Below, piece by piece: positions 1 through 12,054 of a stretch of DNA of 64,000 nt. Below the pieces are notes generated by a model, which saw only the letters and a list, made by a program, of their open reading frames with translations, was not told the origin of the DNA and made no database searches. Made by a program: the position numbers and the translations under genes. Each line of letters starts with the position of its first letter. Position 1 is the first letter of the stretch. Source of the DNA: Escherichia coli (GTDB taxonomy: Bacteria > Pseudomonadota > Gammaproteobacteria > Enterobacterales > Enterobacteriaceae); the NCBI RefSeq assembly GCF_013315695.1, contig NZ_CP054353.1; one strand, 5' to 3'.

Positions 1-473
1 CAGCGTCAATCTACTGAATTTCGTTGTCAATCCAGAGGATTTACGCAAATTAACCGTCGATGTTTTACCTACCCTGCGAGTTAATTCCGAGCAGGCCTGA
101 AATACCTGTAGGGTGCAATTCCATATCACGCGATAGATTCTATTCATATAAACGCTCCATATACAAACAATACAGCCACGAAAGAGATGAGTCATCAGAC
201 GTTAAAAATGAAACTTATTAAGTTGTCAGAGGTCTGTATTGAGTGTTGGTTGGAGGTGGGAAGGTGTCAATTTGGCTAATTTGCTAATGCTTTCGAATTG
301 ATAGATTAAAAATTGCATAGTTCTTATTTTATTTAAAAATGAACCATGAGTTATTGTTGCTTAATAAGAAAAATATTTCTTTCAATAAGAAAATTACCAT
401 CATCATATTTAACAAAGAATAGCACTAATTGCTAAAAAAGAACTCTATTAAAACTCTTGGTAATGACTCCAAC

Positions 474-977
474 TTATTGATAGTGTTTTATGTTCAGATA
501 ATGCTCGATGACTTTGTCATGCAGCTCCACCGATTTTGAGAACGACAGCGACTTCCGTCCCAGCCGTGCCAGGTGCTGCCTCAGATTCAGGTTATGCCGC
601 TCAATTCGCTGCGTATATCGCTTGCTGATTACGTGCAGCTTTCCCTTCAGGCGGGATTCATACAGCGGCCAGCCATCCGTCATCCATATCACCACGTCAA
701 AGGGTGACAGCAGGCTCATAAGACGCCCCAGCGTCGCCATAGTGCGTTCACCGAATACGTGCGCAACAACCGTCTTCCGGAGCCTGTCATACGCGTAAAA
801 CAGCCAGCGCTGGCGCGATTTAGCCCCGACATAGCCCCACTGTTCGTCCATTTCCGCGCAGACGATGACGTCACTGCCCGGCTGTATGCGCGAGGTTACC
901 GACTGCGGCCTGAGTTTTTTAAGTGACGTAAAATCGTGTTGAGGCCAACGCCCATAATGCGGGCTGTTGCCCGGCAT
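474..977 (-). CDS. insB: IS1 InsB (transposase made as InsAB' fusion by -1 frameshift)
   Basis: 167-aa translation [25 protein letters not shown]... recognised as IS1 InsB; overlaps the insA 3' end in the -1 frame. Confidence 0.95.
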
Positions 978-1171
978 CCAACGCCATTCATGGCCATATC
1001 AATGATTTTCTGGTGCGTACCGGGTTGAGAAGCGGTGTAAGTGAACTGCAGTTGCCATGTTTTACGGCAGTGAGAGCAGAGATAGCGCTGATGTCCGGCG
1101 GTGCTTTTGCCGTTACGCACCACCCCGTCAGTAGCTGAACAGGAGGGACAGCTGATAGAAACAGAAGCCAC
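896..1171 (-). CDS. insA: IS1 InsA (transposition regulator)
   Basis: 91-aa translation [43 protein letters not shown]... recognised as IS1 InsA. Confidence 0.95.
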
Positions 1172-1453
1172 TGGAGCACCTCAAAAACACCATCATACAC
1201 TAAATCAGTAAGTTGGCAGCATCACCAAAACTCTTTTTCATTCATTTATGCCTTTAGGAATATTCGCTATAAAATAAGGGTTATGCTTAATGTTTTAAGA
1301 AAAATAGCAATTTCCCCTTGAATATAGTACTGGCGATGGAACGATGAATCTGCAAGCTGGCATTTAACAAGCCAGCTCTAAAAGAAGGGAAATAAGAATA
1401 ACTATACTCAAAAACTAACAGCCACGGTCATCATGATGTGGCTGTCAATGAAA

Positions 1454-3045
1454 CTATAACCCAGGCGCTTTCCATAACGACGTCGTCAGTCCATGATCAA
1501 CCAGCCCCAGCTGATCCTGATAAACTGCCTGCCACTTATCGCGTGAATCCTGATAAAGTTCATGCTTTTCCGGGTCTGGTGTGTGCGTCCGTTCCCAGCG
1601 AACCAGGCGTTCTCCGGTTTCTGCTATTGATGAAAAAATTCCGGCACCGACGCCAGCTGCAATGGCACATCCTAATGCGGTGGCTTCTTTGACTACCGGA
1701 ATATTGACGGGTAATCCCGAGACATCAGCGAGAATTTGACTCCATAATTTCCCTTTTGAACCTCCGCCAGCAAAAACCAGCGAGGTGGGATGAATATTCG
1801 AGAAATCAGCAATTTGCTGCAAGTTACACGCTGATACAATCGCCGCATTTTCTTCCAGCGCACGAAACAATGTCGCTTTGTTACATTTATCCGGGTCAAT
1901 GGACAAGTTAATAAAGGAAGGTGCGGCGTGATACCAGGTTTTAAAGCGCATTCTGTCGGAGAAGATCGGCATTACGCCCCACGACCCAGGCGGCACCCGA
2001 CTGGCCATCTCTTCCAGCAGCGTATAGGTGTCGATGCCTAAACGTTCGGCAATCAGTTTTTCTTCGGCACAGAAAGCATCGCGGAACCAGCGCATGGTGA
2101 GTCCGGTAAAAAAGCTTATAGATTCAGCTTGTACCATGCCAGGAATAACATGGGGATTAACGCGCACGTTCATTTCTGGGTCTGTCACCGGCGCGGCTAA
2201 GTTTACAACTTGCTGCCAGAATGTACCGCCAAGAACCGCGGTTTGTGCCGGACGGACAACGCCTAACCCCAGGCAACCAAGTTGCACGTCACCTCCTCCA
2301 ACGACCACCGGAGTGCCGCCTTCAGACCGCAGAGTTCCGCCGCTTGTGAACTTACCACGCCCAGCAATGTGCCGGTTTCTTTGACAGGAGAAAGAATATC
2401 GGCACGCAGGCCAGCCATATCCAGCAATGCAGGTTTCCAGTCACGGGTGGTTAGATCAAGAAGTCCCGTGGTGCCAGCGTTAGAGGGATCCACCGCCAGT
2501 TCGCCGCTGAGCATATAGGCCAGCCAGTCGCTGATCATGGTGATGGTCGACGCCTGTCGGTAGATATCGGAACGATGGTGCGCCAGCCAAAGTAATCTGG
2601 GGATGGCACTTAAAGCCAGCGTTTGTCCGGTCGCGCGATAAACTTCGTTTTCAAAGGTATTGTTGTGCAGTTCTTTAAGTTCGCTAACTTCGCGCGCCGC
2701 TCTGGCATCCACATTGGCGCAGGCCCAGATCGGTGTTCCTTCATTATTATATAAAACAATGCCTTCACGCATCGAACATGCCGAAACGGCAGCGATATAC
2801 TCCGGGGCTATGCCGGCGTTGTGCAGCGCCTGGTGCATACACTCACACGCCAGTTGCCAGTTTTTGTTGAGATCAAATTCCATAGAACCAGGAACGTCCG
2901 GTACTGCCAGGTGCCGCCACTCCGCCTGTCCCACGGCTATTTGATTGCCTTCCAGGTCGAATATCACAGCCCGAATACTTCCGGTGCCTGCATCCAGCGC
3001 CATCAGGTAGTACTTTGATTCTGAAGGGGTAAAGAGTCGAGCCAT
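1454..3045 (-). pseudogene. lsrK: Autoinducer-2 kinase LsrK, split by a 1-bp frameshift near 2316
   Basis: Two overlapping ORFs (2263-3045 = FGGY kinase N-domain, 1454-2308 = C-domain) in different frames; restoring one G in ...aaggcg-gcactcc... gives the continuous reading [23 protein letters not shown]. Confidence 0.8.
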
Positions 3046-3123
3046 TAGATTATCCTCGGCTTATGCGTTCTGTCTGTTCCTCTATACGTTCTCCATCATT
3101 CCCGGTAATAAGGCCATGCAAAT

Positions 3124-4077
3124 TTAACTACGTAAAATCGCCGCTGCTGTGTCCTGATCAGTAACCAGTGCGTTGATATAACCGCCTTTCATTGCAGCGG
3201 CAATTGCTTCGGCTTTATTTTCTCCCCCTGCCACGCCAACCCGGACGGGTATGGTCTTCAGCGCGCTTAAAGGTAAGCCAATCAGTTCGTTATGTATTTT
3301 GATATCCGTGACAACGTCACCTTTTGCATCAAAAAAGTAGCCTAAAATGTCGCCAACCGCCCCTTTTCGGCCAATCATTAACTGTTCGCCCTGGCTGATA
3401 TAACCGGAGCGAATGATCGTCGCGTCGTCTTGTTGACTCACGGCCCCAATGCCGACAATCGCCACATCCGCTGCTTGCGCGGCTAACAGAACATCTTTGA
3501 CGCAATTTTCATTTTTTAGCGTACGGGCAATGTCAGCGGAGGATGCCCGCAACGGAGCCGGAATAATATTCACACTGCACGCCGCGTTAAGCTGCCCGAT
3601 ACCCGTCATATAAGAACCGACGCCACCGGAGAGCGTGACCAGGCGAATTTGCTGTGACGAAATAAAACCACTTAAGCGTTGCAGCGTATTCATGATTGCC
3701 TCGCCAAAACCAATCGCCAGCATCTGTTGTGGTTGAAGTAAACTCATCAACATATGCGCCGCGCCTATCCCCAGTCGCCCGCCGACATCAGCATCCGCAA
3801 GCCCAGGGATCACCCGGACATGTTGCAGCGAAAACTGACGACGTAATTGAGTTTCATATTCCAGACAGCCTTCAAAGCGAGAATTAATCTGTACGCGAAT
3901 AATGCCGGACTGATGCCCTTTCTCCAGCAAGCGCGACACTTTCAAACGGGTCAGGCCGAGACGATCGCTGATCTCGCTCTGGGTCAGCCCGTCGTGATAG
4001 TAAAACCACGCGATCCGCGCGACCTGTTCTTCTTCACACATTCCCTGTTCTGAAATTGCCGAATCGTTGATTGTCAT
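3124..4077 (-). CDS. lsrR: LsrR, SorC-family repressor of the lsr operon
   Basis: 317-aa translation [51 protein letters not shown]... recognised as LsrR; divergent from lsrA. Confidence 0.95.
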   Translation of the reverse strand: MTINDSAISEQGMCEEEQVARIAWFYYHDGLTQSEISDRLGLTRLKVSRLLEKGHQSGIIRVQINSRFEGCLEYETQLRRQFSLQHVRVIPGLADADVGGRLGIGAAHMLMSLLQPQQMLAIGFGEAIMNTLQRLSGFISSQQIRLVTLSGGVGSYMTGIGQLNAACSVNIIPAPLRASSADIARTLKNENCVKDVLLAAQAADVAIVGIGAVSQQDDATIIRSGYISQGEQLMIGRKGAVGDILGYFFDAKGDVVTDIKIHNELIGLPLSALKTIPVRVGVAGGENKAEAIAAAMKGGYINALVTDQDTAAAILRS

Positions 4078-4325
4078 AATTCATTCTTCACTTTGAACAT
4101 ACTTAAATCTTTAATGCAATTGTTCAGTTCTTGCGCATTTATATCTGTGATGGCAACCACAGTTTGACTCTATGAGCATGAACAAACGCAACCGTGAAAA
4201 TCAAAATAGCATAAATTGTGATCTATTCGTCGGAAATATGTGCAATGTCCACCTAAGGTTATGAACAAATTAAAAGCAGAAATACATTTGTTCAAAACTC
4301 ACCTGCAAAACTGAACGGGGGAAAT
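4078..4325. promoter_or_regulatory. lsrR-lsrA divergent promoter/operator region with a CRP-like site
   Basis: 248-bp AT-rich intergenic region between divergent lsrR and lsrA; TGTGA-N6-CCACA motif (tctgtgatggcaaccacag) near 4145-4160. Sites inferred, not tested. Confidence 0.5.
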
Positions 4326-5861
4326 ATGCAAACGAGTGATACCCGCGCGTTACCGCTACTTTGCGCCCGCTCGGTTTATAAACAGTATTCAGGAGTTAAT
4401 GTCCTGAAAGGCATCGATTTTACGTTGCATCAGGGGGAGGTCCACGCCCTGCTCGGCGGCAATGGTGCCGGTAAATCGACGTTAATGAAGATTATTGCCG
4501 GTATTACCCCTGCTGATAGCGGTACGCTGGAGATTGGGGGCAACAACTACGTCAGATTAACGCCAGTTCATGCTCATCAGCTGGGCATTTATCTCGTTCC
4601 CCAGGAACCGCTGCTTTTTCCAAGCCTGTCGATAAAAGAAAACATCCTGTTTGGTCTGGCAAAAAAACAACTCTCCATACAGAAAATGAATAACTTGCTG
4701 GCGGCGCTGGGCTGCCAGTTTGATCTGCATAGTCTGGCAGGATCGCTGGATGTCGCCGATCGCCAAATGGTGGAAATCCTCCGCGGGCTGATGCGCGATT
4801 CGCGAATTCTGATCCTCGATGAACCTACCGCCTCGCTTACTCCCGCCGAAACCGAACGTTTGTTTATTCGCTTGCGGGAGTTGCTTGCTACTGGCGTGGG
4901 TATTGTTTTTATCTCGCATAAGCTGCCGGAAATTCGCCAGATTGCCGACCGAATTAGCGTGATGCGCGACGGAACCATCGCCTTAAGCGGCAAAACCAGC
5001 GAACTGTCTACCGACGACATTATTCAGGCCATTACGCCAGCGCTACGGGAAAAATCGCTCTCTGCCAGCCAAAAATTATGGCTGGAATTACCTGGCAACC
5101 GCCCACAACATGCCGCGGGAACGCCGGTGCTGACACTGGAAAATCTGACCGGCGAAGGTTTCAGGAATGTCAGCCTGACGCTCAATGCCGGAGAAATTCT
5201 GGGCCTGGCTGGGCTGGTGGGAGCCGGACGCACAGAACTGGCCGAGACGCTCTATGGTCTGCGTACTTTGCGTGGCGGACGCATTATGCTGAATGGTAAA
5301 GAGATCAATAGATTATCCACCGGAGAACGTTTACTGCGCGGTCTGGTTTATCTGCCGGAAGATCGCCAGTCATCCGGACTTAATCTCGATGCTTCACTGG
5401 CGTGGAACGTCTGCGCCCTTACTCATAACCTTCGTGGATTCTGGGCGAAAACCGCGAAAGATAATGCCACCCTGGAACGATATCGTCGGGCGCTGAATAT
5501 TAAATTTAACCAACCGGAACAAGCTGCGCGGACCTTATCCGGCGGCAACCAGCAAAAAATCCTGATTGCCAAATGCCTGGAAGCCTCGCCGCAAGTATTG
5601 ATTGTCGATGAGCCGACGCGCGGCGTGGATGTCTCGGCGCGTAATGATATCTACCAACTGTTGCGCAGCATCGCCGCACAGAATGTGGCTGTGCTGCTTA
5701 TCTCCTCTGATCTCGAAGAGATCGAACTGATGGCAGATCGCGTGTATGTGATGCATCAGGGCGAAATTGCCCACTCTGCACTGACCGGGCGCGATATTAA
5801 TGTCGAGACCATTATGCGCGTTGCCTTCGGCGATAGTCAGCGTCAGGAGGCGTCATGCTGA
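4326..5861 (+). CDS. lsrA: LsrA, AI-2 ABC transporter ATP-binding protein
   Basis: 511 aa with duplicated ABC ATPase motifs ([17 protein letters not shown]); first gene of lsrACDBFG. Confidence 0.95.
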
Positions 5862-6883
5862 AATTTATTCAGAACAACCGTGAAATCACGGCACTGCTGG
5901 CGGTGGTGCTGCTGTTTGTATTACCCGGTTTTCTCGACCGTCAGTATTTAAGTGTGCAAACGCTGACCATGGTTTATAGCAGCGCGCAAATCCTGATCCT
6001 GCTGGCAATGGGCGCGACGCTGGTAATGCTTACGCGCAATATTGATGTTTCAGTGGGTTCGATTACCGGAATGTGCGCGGTGCTGTTGGGGATGTTACTG
6101 AACGCGGGGTATTCACTACCTGTTGCTTGTGTCGCGACTTTACTGCTTGGTTTGCTCGCGGGATTTTTCAACGGTGTCCTGCTCGCGTGGCTAAAGATCC
6201 CTGCCATTGTTGCCACGCTCGGTACATTAGGGTTGTACAGAGGCATCATGTTGCTGTGGACTGGCGGTAAATGGATTGAGGGATTACCCGCCGAACTGAA
6301 ACAACTCTCCGCCCCGCTGCTGTTTGGCGTTTCCGCGATTGGTTGGTTGACGATAATTCTGGTGGCATTTATGGCCTGGCTGCTGGCAAAGACGGCGTTT
6401 GGACGCAGTTTTTATGTCACGGGCGATAATTTACAGGGCGCTCGTCAACTGGGCGTTCGTACGGAAGCCATTCGCATTGTGGCATTTTCGTTGAACGGCT
6501 GCATGGCGGCACTGGCGGGAATTGTGTTTGCTTCGCAGATTGGTTTTATCCCCAACCAGACCGGTACCGGGCTGGAGATGAAAGCAATTGCAGCCTGCGT
6601 GCTGGGCGGCATTAGTTTGCTCGGCGGTTCCGGTGCGATCATCGGTGCGGTACTAGGCGCATGGTTCCTGACGCAGATCGATAGCGTACTGGTGCTGTTA
6701 CGCATTCCGGCATGGTGGAATGATTTTATCGCGGGCATGGTTCTGCTGGCGGTGCTGGTGTTTGATGGACGCCTGCGTTGTGCGCTGGAACGTAATCTGC
6801 GGCGGCAAAAATATGCCCGCTTTATGATGCCACCGCCATCCGTTAAACCCGCTTCGTCAGGTAAAAAACGGGAGGCCGCATAA
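5855..6883 (+). CDS. lsrC: LsrC, AI-2 ABC transporter permease
   Basis: 342-aa polytopic membrane protein; start overlaps lsrA stop; synteny. Confidence 0.9.
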
Positions 6884-7875
6884 TGCGTATTCGCTACGGT
6901 TGGGAACTGGCTCTTGCCGCACTGCTCGTTATTGAGATTGTTGCATTTGGTGCAATTAACCCGCGGATGTTAGATCTCAATATGTTGCTGTTCAGCACCA
7001 GTGACTTTATCTGCATTGGCATTGTCGCCCTACCGCTGACGATGGTGATTGTCAGTGGTGGGATCGATATTTCGTTTGGTTCGACTATCGGCCTGTGCGC
7101 CATCGCATTGGGTGTGTTGTTTCAAGGCGGCGTGCCGATGCCGCTGGCGATTATCCTGACGTTACTGCTCGGCGCATTGTGCGGGTTGATCAACGCCGGA
7201 TTAATTATCTATACCAAAGTTAACCCGCTGGTGATTACGCTTGGCACGCTGTATCTGTTTGCCGGAAGCGCCCTGCTGCTTTCCGGGATGGCCGGAGCGA
7301 CGGGGTACGAAGGTATTGGTGGATTCCCGATGGCGTTTACAGATTTCGCTAACCTGGATGTACTGGGACTCCCCGTTCCGCTGATTATCTTCCTGATATG
7401 TCTCCTCGTTTTCTGGCTCTGGCTGCATAAAACCCATGCCGGACGTTACGTGTTTTTAATTGGGCAAAGCCCGCGTGTGGCGGTTTATAGCGCGATTCCA
7501 GTTAACCGCACCTTGTGTGCGCTCTATGCCATGACGGGGCTGGCGTCTGCGGTCGCCGCTGTGCTGCTGGTATCGTATTTTGGTTCAGCACGTTCCGATC
7601 TCGGTGCGTCGTTTCTGATGCCCGCCATCACCGCCGTAGTGCTCGGCGGTGCCAATATTTATGGAGGTTCTGGTTCCATTATCGGCACCGCCATTGCGGT
7701 TTTATTAGTGGGATATTTGCAACAAGGTTTGCAAATGGCAGGAGTGCCAAATCAGGTGTCCAGCGCCCTTTCCGGTGCGCTACTTATCGTCGTTGTCGTA
7801 GGTCGTTCCGTTAGCCTGCATCGCCAGCAAATTAAAGAGTGGCTGGCGCGTCGGGCCAATAACCCATTGCCATAA
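6883..7875 (+). CDS. lsrD: LsrD, AI-2 ABC transporter permease
   Basis: 330-aa membrane protein; ATGA overlap with lsrC; synteny. Confidence 0.9.
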   Translation: MRIRYGWELALAALLVIEIVAFGAINPRMLDLNMLLFSTSDFICIGIVALPLTMVIVSGGIDISFGSTIGLCAIALGVLFQGGVPMPLAIILTLLLGALCGLINAGLIIYTKVNPLVITLGTLYLFAGSALLLSGMAGATGYEGIGGFPMAFTDFANLDVLGLPVPLIIFLICLLVFWLWLHKTHAGRYVFLIGQSPRVAVYSAIPVNRTLCALYAMTGLASAVAAVLLVSYFGSARSDLGASFLMPAITAVVLGGANIYGGSGSIIGTAIAVLLVGYLQQGLQMAGVPNQVSSALSGALLIVVVVGRSVSLHRQQIKEWLARRANNPLP

Positions 7876-7886
7876 AGGATATCTTC

Positions 7887-8909
7887 ATGACACTTCATCG
7901 CTTTAAGAAAATCGCCTTACTTAGCGCTCTTGGCATTGCCGCAATCTCTATGAATGTGCAGGCCGCAGAGCGTATTGCATTTATTCCCAAACTGGTTGGC
8001 GTGGGATTTTTTACCAGCGGTGGCAACGGCGCACAACAAGCGGGTAAAGAGCTGGGCGTTGATGTGACCTACGACGGGCCGACAGAACCCAGTGTTTCTG
8101 GTCAGGTACAGTTGATTAATAACTTCGTCAATCAGGGCTATAACGCCATTATCGTTTCTGCGGTTTCGCCTGATGGCTTGTGTCCGGCACTGAAACGCGC
8201 CATGCAACGTGGTGTGAGAGTGCTGACCTGGGACTCTGATACTAAACCGGAGTGCCGCTCTTACTACATTAATCAGGGAACGCCCGCCCAGTTGGGAGGT
8301 ATGTTGGTGGATATGGCGGCGCGTCAGGTGAATAAAGACAAAGCCAAAGTCGCGTTTTTCTACTCAAGCCCCACCGTTACGGACCAAAACCAGTGGGTGA
8401 AAGAAGCGAAAGCGAAAATCGCCAAAGAGCATCCAGGCTGGGAAATTGTCACTACGCAGTTTGGCTATAACGATGCCACTAAATCGTTACAAACCGCAGA
8501 AGGAATATTAAAAGCCTATAACGATCTCGACGCCATTATCGCCCCCGATGCCAATGCCCTGCCCGCTGCCGCACAAGCCGCAGAAAACCTGAAAAATGAC
8601 AAAGTTGCGATTGTCGGATTCAGTACGCCAAACGTGATGCGTCCATATGTGGAACGCGGCACGGTGAAAGAATTTGGCCTGTGGGATGTGGTTCAGCAAG
8701 GCAAAATATCAGTTTATGTCGCGGATGCATTATTGAAAAAAGGATCAATGAAAACGGGCGACAAGCTGGATATTCAGGGCGTAGGTCAGGTGGAAGTCTC
8801 GCCAAACAGCGTTCAGGGCTATGACTACGAAGCGGATGGTAATGGCATCGTACTGTTACCGGAGCGCGTGATATTCAACAAAGAGAATATCGGCAAATAC
8901 GATTTCTGA
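7887..8909 (+). CDS. lsrB: LsrB, periplasmic AI-2 binding protein
   Basis: 340 aa with signal peptide ([26 protein letters not shown]) and periplasmic sugar-binding fold; synteny. Confidence 0.9.
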   Translation: MTLHRFKKIALLSALGIAAISMNVQAAERIAFIPKLVGVGFFTSGGNGAQQAGKELGVDVTYDGPTEPSVSGQVQLINNFVNQGYNAIIVSAVSPDGLCPALKRAMQRGVRVLTWDSDTKPECRSYYINQGTPAQLGGMLVDMAARQVNKDKAKVAFFYSSPTVTDQNQWVKEAKAKIAKEHPGWEIVTTQFGYNDATKSLQTAEGILKAYNDLDAIIAPDANALPAAAQAAENLKNDKVAIVGFSTPNVMRPYVERGTVKEFGLWDVVQQGKISVYVADALLKKGSMKTGDKLDIQGVGQVEVSPNSVQGYDYEADGNGIVLLPERVIFNKENIGKYDF

Positions 8910-8935
8910 TGTGCATTACTTAACCGGAGTACGTT

Positions 8936-9811
8936 ATGGCAGATTTAGACGATATTAAAGATGGTAAAGATTTTCGTACCGATCAACCGCAAAAAAATAT
9001 CCCTTTTACCCTGAAAGGTTGCGGTGCACTGGATTGGGGAATGCAGTCACGCTTATCGCGGATATTTAATCCGAAAACGGGTAAAACCGTGATGCTGGCC
9101 TTTGATCATGGTTATTTTCAGGGGCCGACTACTGGACTTGAACGCATTGATATAAATATCGCCCCGCTGTTTGAACATGCCGATGTATTAATGTGTACGC
9201 GCGGCATTTTGCGCAGCGTAGTCCCCCCTGCGACCAATAAGCCGGTGGTACTGCGGGCGTCAGGTGCGAACTCTATTCTGGCGGAATTAAGTAATGAAGC
9301 CGTGGCGTTATCGATGGATGACGCCGTGCGCCTGAACAGTTGCGCGGTGGCGGCGCAGGTTTATATCGGCAGCGAATATGAACATCAGTCGATCAAAAAT
9401 ATTATTCAGCTGGTCGATGCCGGAATGAAAGTGGGAATGCCGACCATGGCCGTGACTGGCGTGGGCAAAGATATGGTGCGCGATCAGCGTTATTTCTCGC
9501 TCGCGACTCGAATCGCCGCTGAAATGGGGGCGCAAATTATCAAAACCTATTATGTCGAAAAAGGTTTTGAACGGATTGTTGCCGGATGTCCGGTACCCAT
9601 TGTTATTGCTGGCGGTAAAAAATTACCGGAGCGCGAGGCGCTGGAAATGTGCTGGCAGGCTATCGATCAGGGCGCTTCTGGTGTGGATATGGGGCGTAAT
9701 ATTTTCCAGTCTGACCATCCGGTGGCGATGATGAAAGCCGTACAGGCGGTGGTACACCATAACGAAACGGCTGATCGGGCATATGAACTCTATCTGAGTG
9801 AAAAACAGTAA
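8936..9811 (+). CDS. lsrF: LsrF, aldolase-like thiolase acting on phospho-AI-2 derivative
   Basis: 291 aa, DhnA/class I aldolase-like; position after lsrB. Confidence 0.9.
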   Translation: MADLDDIKDGKDFRTDQPQKNIPFTLKGCGALDWGMQSRLSRIFNPKTGKTVMLAFDHGYFQGPTTGLERIDINIAPLFEHADVLMCTRGILRSVVPPATNKPVVLRASGANSILAELSNEAVALSMDDAVRLNSCAVAAQVYIGSEYEHQSIKNIIQLVDAGMKVGMPTMAVTGVGKDMVRDQRYFSLATRIAAEMGAQIIKTYYVEKGFERIVAGCPVPIVIAGGKKLPEREALEMCWQAIDQGASGVDMGRNIFQSDHPVAMMKAVQAVVHHNETADRAYELYLSEKQ

Positions 9812-9834
9812 CTGCGGATTTAAGGAGAAGAATT

Positions 9835-10125
9835 ATGCACGTCACACTGGTTGAAATTAACGTTCATGAAGACAAGGTTGACGAGTTTATCGAAGTTTTT
9901 CGCCAGAACCACCTGGGCTCGGTACAGGAAGAAGGCAATTTGCGCTTCGATGTCTTACAGGACCCGGAAGTGAATTCGCGCTTTTATATCTACGAAGCTT
10001 ATAAAGATGAAGACGCAGTGGCGTTCCATAAAACCACGCCCCACTACAAAACCTGTGTCGCAAAACTGGAAGCTTTAATGACCGGGCCGCGTAAAAAACG
10101 TCTGTTCAATGGATTGATGCCGTGA
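9835..10125 (+). CDS. lsrG: LsrG, phospho-AI-2 isomerase
   Basis: 96-aa antibiotic-biosynthesis-monooxygenase-like protein; last gene of operon. Confidence 0.9.
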   Translation: MHVTLVEINVHEDKVDEFIEVFRQNHLGSVQEEGNLRFDVLQDPEVNSRFYIYEAYKDEDAVAFHKTTPHYKTCVAKLEALMTGPRKKRLFNGLMP

Positions 10126-10181
10126 GGCGAATTTATCAGTTTTATCTACACTAGGGGTAACGCGCTGACGGGAGTAAAAAT

Positions 10182-10940
10182 ATGTCTGACTGGAACCCCT
10201 CTTTATATCTGCACTTTGCCGCTGAACGATCGCGTCCGGCGATGGAGCTGCTTGCCAGAGTGCCGCTGGAGAATATCGAATACGTTGCCGATCTTGGCTG
10301 TGGCCCAGGTAACAGCACCGCACTGCTGCATCAACGTTGGCCTGCGGCCAGGATAACAGGCATCGACTCGTCTCCGGCGATGATTGCTGAAGCGCGCAGT
10401 GCTTTGCCAGACTGCCAGTTCGTGGAAGCAGACATCCGCAACTGGCAACCGGAACAGGCACTCGATCTGATTTTTGCTAATGCCTCACTGCAATGGCTGC
10501 CCGACCACTACGAATTGTTCCCTCATCTGGTTTCTTTACTTAATTCGCATGGTGTGTTGGCAGTACAGATGCCAGATAACTGGCTGGAGCCGACCCATGT
10601 GCTCATGCGCGAAGTTGCCTGGGAACAAAACTACCCGGATCGCGGGCGTGAGCCGCTGGCTGGCGTTCATGCTTACTACGATATTCTGAGTGAAGCCGGA
10701 TGTGAGGTCGATATCTGGCGAACCACTTACTATCACCAGATGCCGTCGCACCAGGCGATTATCGATTGGGTGACCGCCACTGGATTACGTCCGTGGTTAC
10801 AGGATCTGACCGAGAGCGAACAGCAGCATTTTCTTACGCGCTACCATCAGATGCTGGAAGAGCAATATCCCCTCCAGGAGAACGGACAGATATTGCTGGC
10901 ATTTCCGCGTCTGTTTATTGTTGCCCGCCGTACGGAGTAA
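10182..10940 (+). CDS. tam: Trans-aconitate 2-methyltransferase
   Basis: 252 aa with SAM-binding motif [12 protein letters not shown]; synteny after lsrG. Confidence 0.9.
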   Translation: MSDWNPSLYLHFAAERSRPAMELLARVPLENIEYVADLGCGPGNSTALLHQRWPAARITGIDSSPAMIAEARSALPDCQFVEADIRNWQPEQALDLIFANASLQWLPDHYELFPHLVSLLNSHGVLAVQMPDNWLEPTHVLMREVAWEQNYPDRGREPLAGVHAYYDILSEAGCEVDIWRTTYYHQMPSHQAIIDWVTATGLRPWLQDLTESEQQHFLTRYHQMLEEQYPLQENGQILLAFPRLFIVARRTE

Positions 10941-10943
10941 TTA

Positions 10944-11858
10944 TCACGTCAGCTGGTAATGGCGATCGGGAAGAATTTTCGCTGGAATTTCTGCTTCATC
11001 GTTCATCTGTAACAGGTCAATTTCAATAGCGTTGCAGATGGCATCCAGCGGTAAATCATTGTTTTCAGTACCGAAGGGATCTTCCAGTTCTTCCGCCAGA
11101 CAATCCAGCGAAATAAAAGTGTAGGAAATCAGCACAGAGATAAAAGGCGTCATGTAATGCAGATCCACGACCAGCGCGAACGGCAGCATGATACAAAACA
11201 GATAAACGGTACGATGCAAAATCAGGGTGTAGGCAAAGGGAATTGGCGTATAGGCAATGCGCTCGCAGCCTGCCAGAACCGCTGAAATATCATTAAGCCG
11301 ATCGTTGAGGCTAATAAACAGGATATCTGAAAGCTGCCCATTGCGGCGCTGAACCGCCAACCACTCCCCCATTATTAACAAGATGCGGTTAGCTGGAGAG
11401 TTCGAAGCCAGTACACGCTGAAGATCTTCAGTCTTGAGATAATGAGCCAGCACTTCCGCCTGTGGCTGTTTGCGTAATGTCATGCGTAAACAGTGGGCGA
11501 AGGCGATTTGCAGCCGGGCAAACTCCCTTACACTTGCCGAATCCGGTAATGTCGTTTTTACCTCGCGCAGTAACGACCGCGAGGCAATCATCAACTGCCC
11601 CCAAAGTTTTCGCGCTTCAACGTAACGGGCGTAACCGGCATTATTACGAAAACCAAGAAAAATGGCGATGGCGACACCGAGAATGCTGAACGGTGCGAGG
11701 GTGAATTTGATGCCCAAATGCGTGTACCAGGGCAGCATGAAAATAACAGCGATAGAAAAGAGAAAATTGAGTAGTAAGCGCGAGGATATCTTGGATAATA
11801 CTGAGCCGTGCCAGACAAAAATACGGCGCAGCCAGTGTTGTTGTGGACGAACAATCAT
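10944..11858 (-). CDS. yneE: Bestrophin-family membrane protein YneE
   Basis: ORF 10944-11909; likely start at MIVRPQQHWLRRIF (11858) giving 304 aa; polytopic membrane protein. Confidence 0.8.
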   Translation of the reverse strand: MIVRPQQHWLRRIFVWHGSVLSKISSRLLLNFLFSIAVIFMLPWYTHLGIKFTLAPFSILGVAIAIFLGFRNNAGYARYVEARKLWGQLMIASRSLLREVKTTLPDSASVREFARLQIAFAHCLRMTLRKQPQAEVLAHYLKTEDLQRVLASNSPANRILLIMGEWLAVQRRNGQLSDILFISLNDRLNDISAVLAGCERIAYTPIPFAYTLILHRTVYLFCIMLPFALVVDLHYMTPFISVLISYTFISLDCLAEELEDPFGTENNDLPLDAICNAIEIDLLQMNDEAEIPAKILPDRHYQLT

Positions 11859-12013
11859 GGTTATCTTCAGGCGTGGAAAAGTCGCCCTATTAAACGTGAT
11901 TACGATCACATTCTCAATACGCTACTTACAAATTACCTACAAGCTTACAACATTAACAGGCGCTGCATGTGACACCTGTTAATGATAAAGGCATATAGGA
12001 TGTTGTAACTAAT

Positions 12014-12050
12014 ATAGTAAAATAAGAAACCCGGTCGAAACCGGGTTCAG
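12014..12050 (-). terminator. Rho-independent terminator after uxaB
   Basis: Stem aacccggt/accgggtt followed on the minus strand by a T-rich run (tcttatttt). Confidence 0.6.
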
Positions 12051-12054
12051 AGTA

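Larger units (their letters stand above)
459..1226 (-). mobile_element. IS1: IS1 insertion sequence, 768 bp, copy A
   Basis: Terminal inverted repeats GGTAATGACTCCAACTTATTGAT (459) and GGTGATGCTGCCAACTTACTGAT (revcomp, ending 1226); insA/insB ORFs inside; 9-bp direct repeat AAAACTCTT at 450-458 and 1227-1235. Confidence 0.95.

Noticed and set aside
508-798. 96-aa ORF antisense within IS1 (also 46620-46910)
   Set aside because: Antisense to insB within IS1; it appears in both copies because it is a frame artefact of the element.
4557-5020. Antisense ORFs inside lsrA and other long genes (4557-4919, 4589-5020, 5974-6249, 6445-6738)
   Set aside because: They fall entirely within well-supported coding regions on the opposite strand and lack start context.
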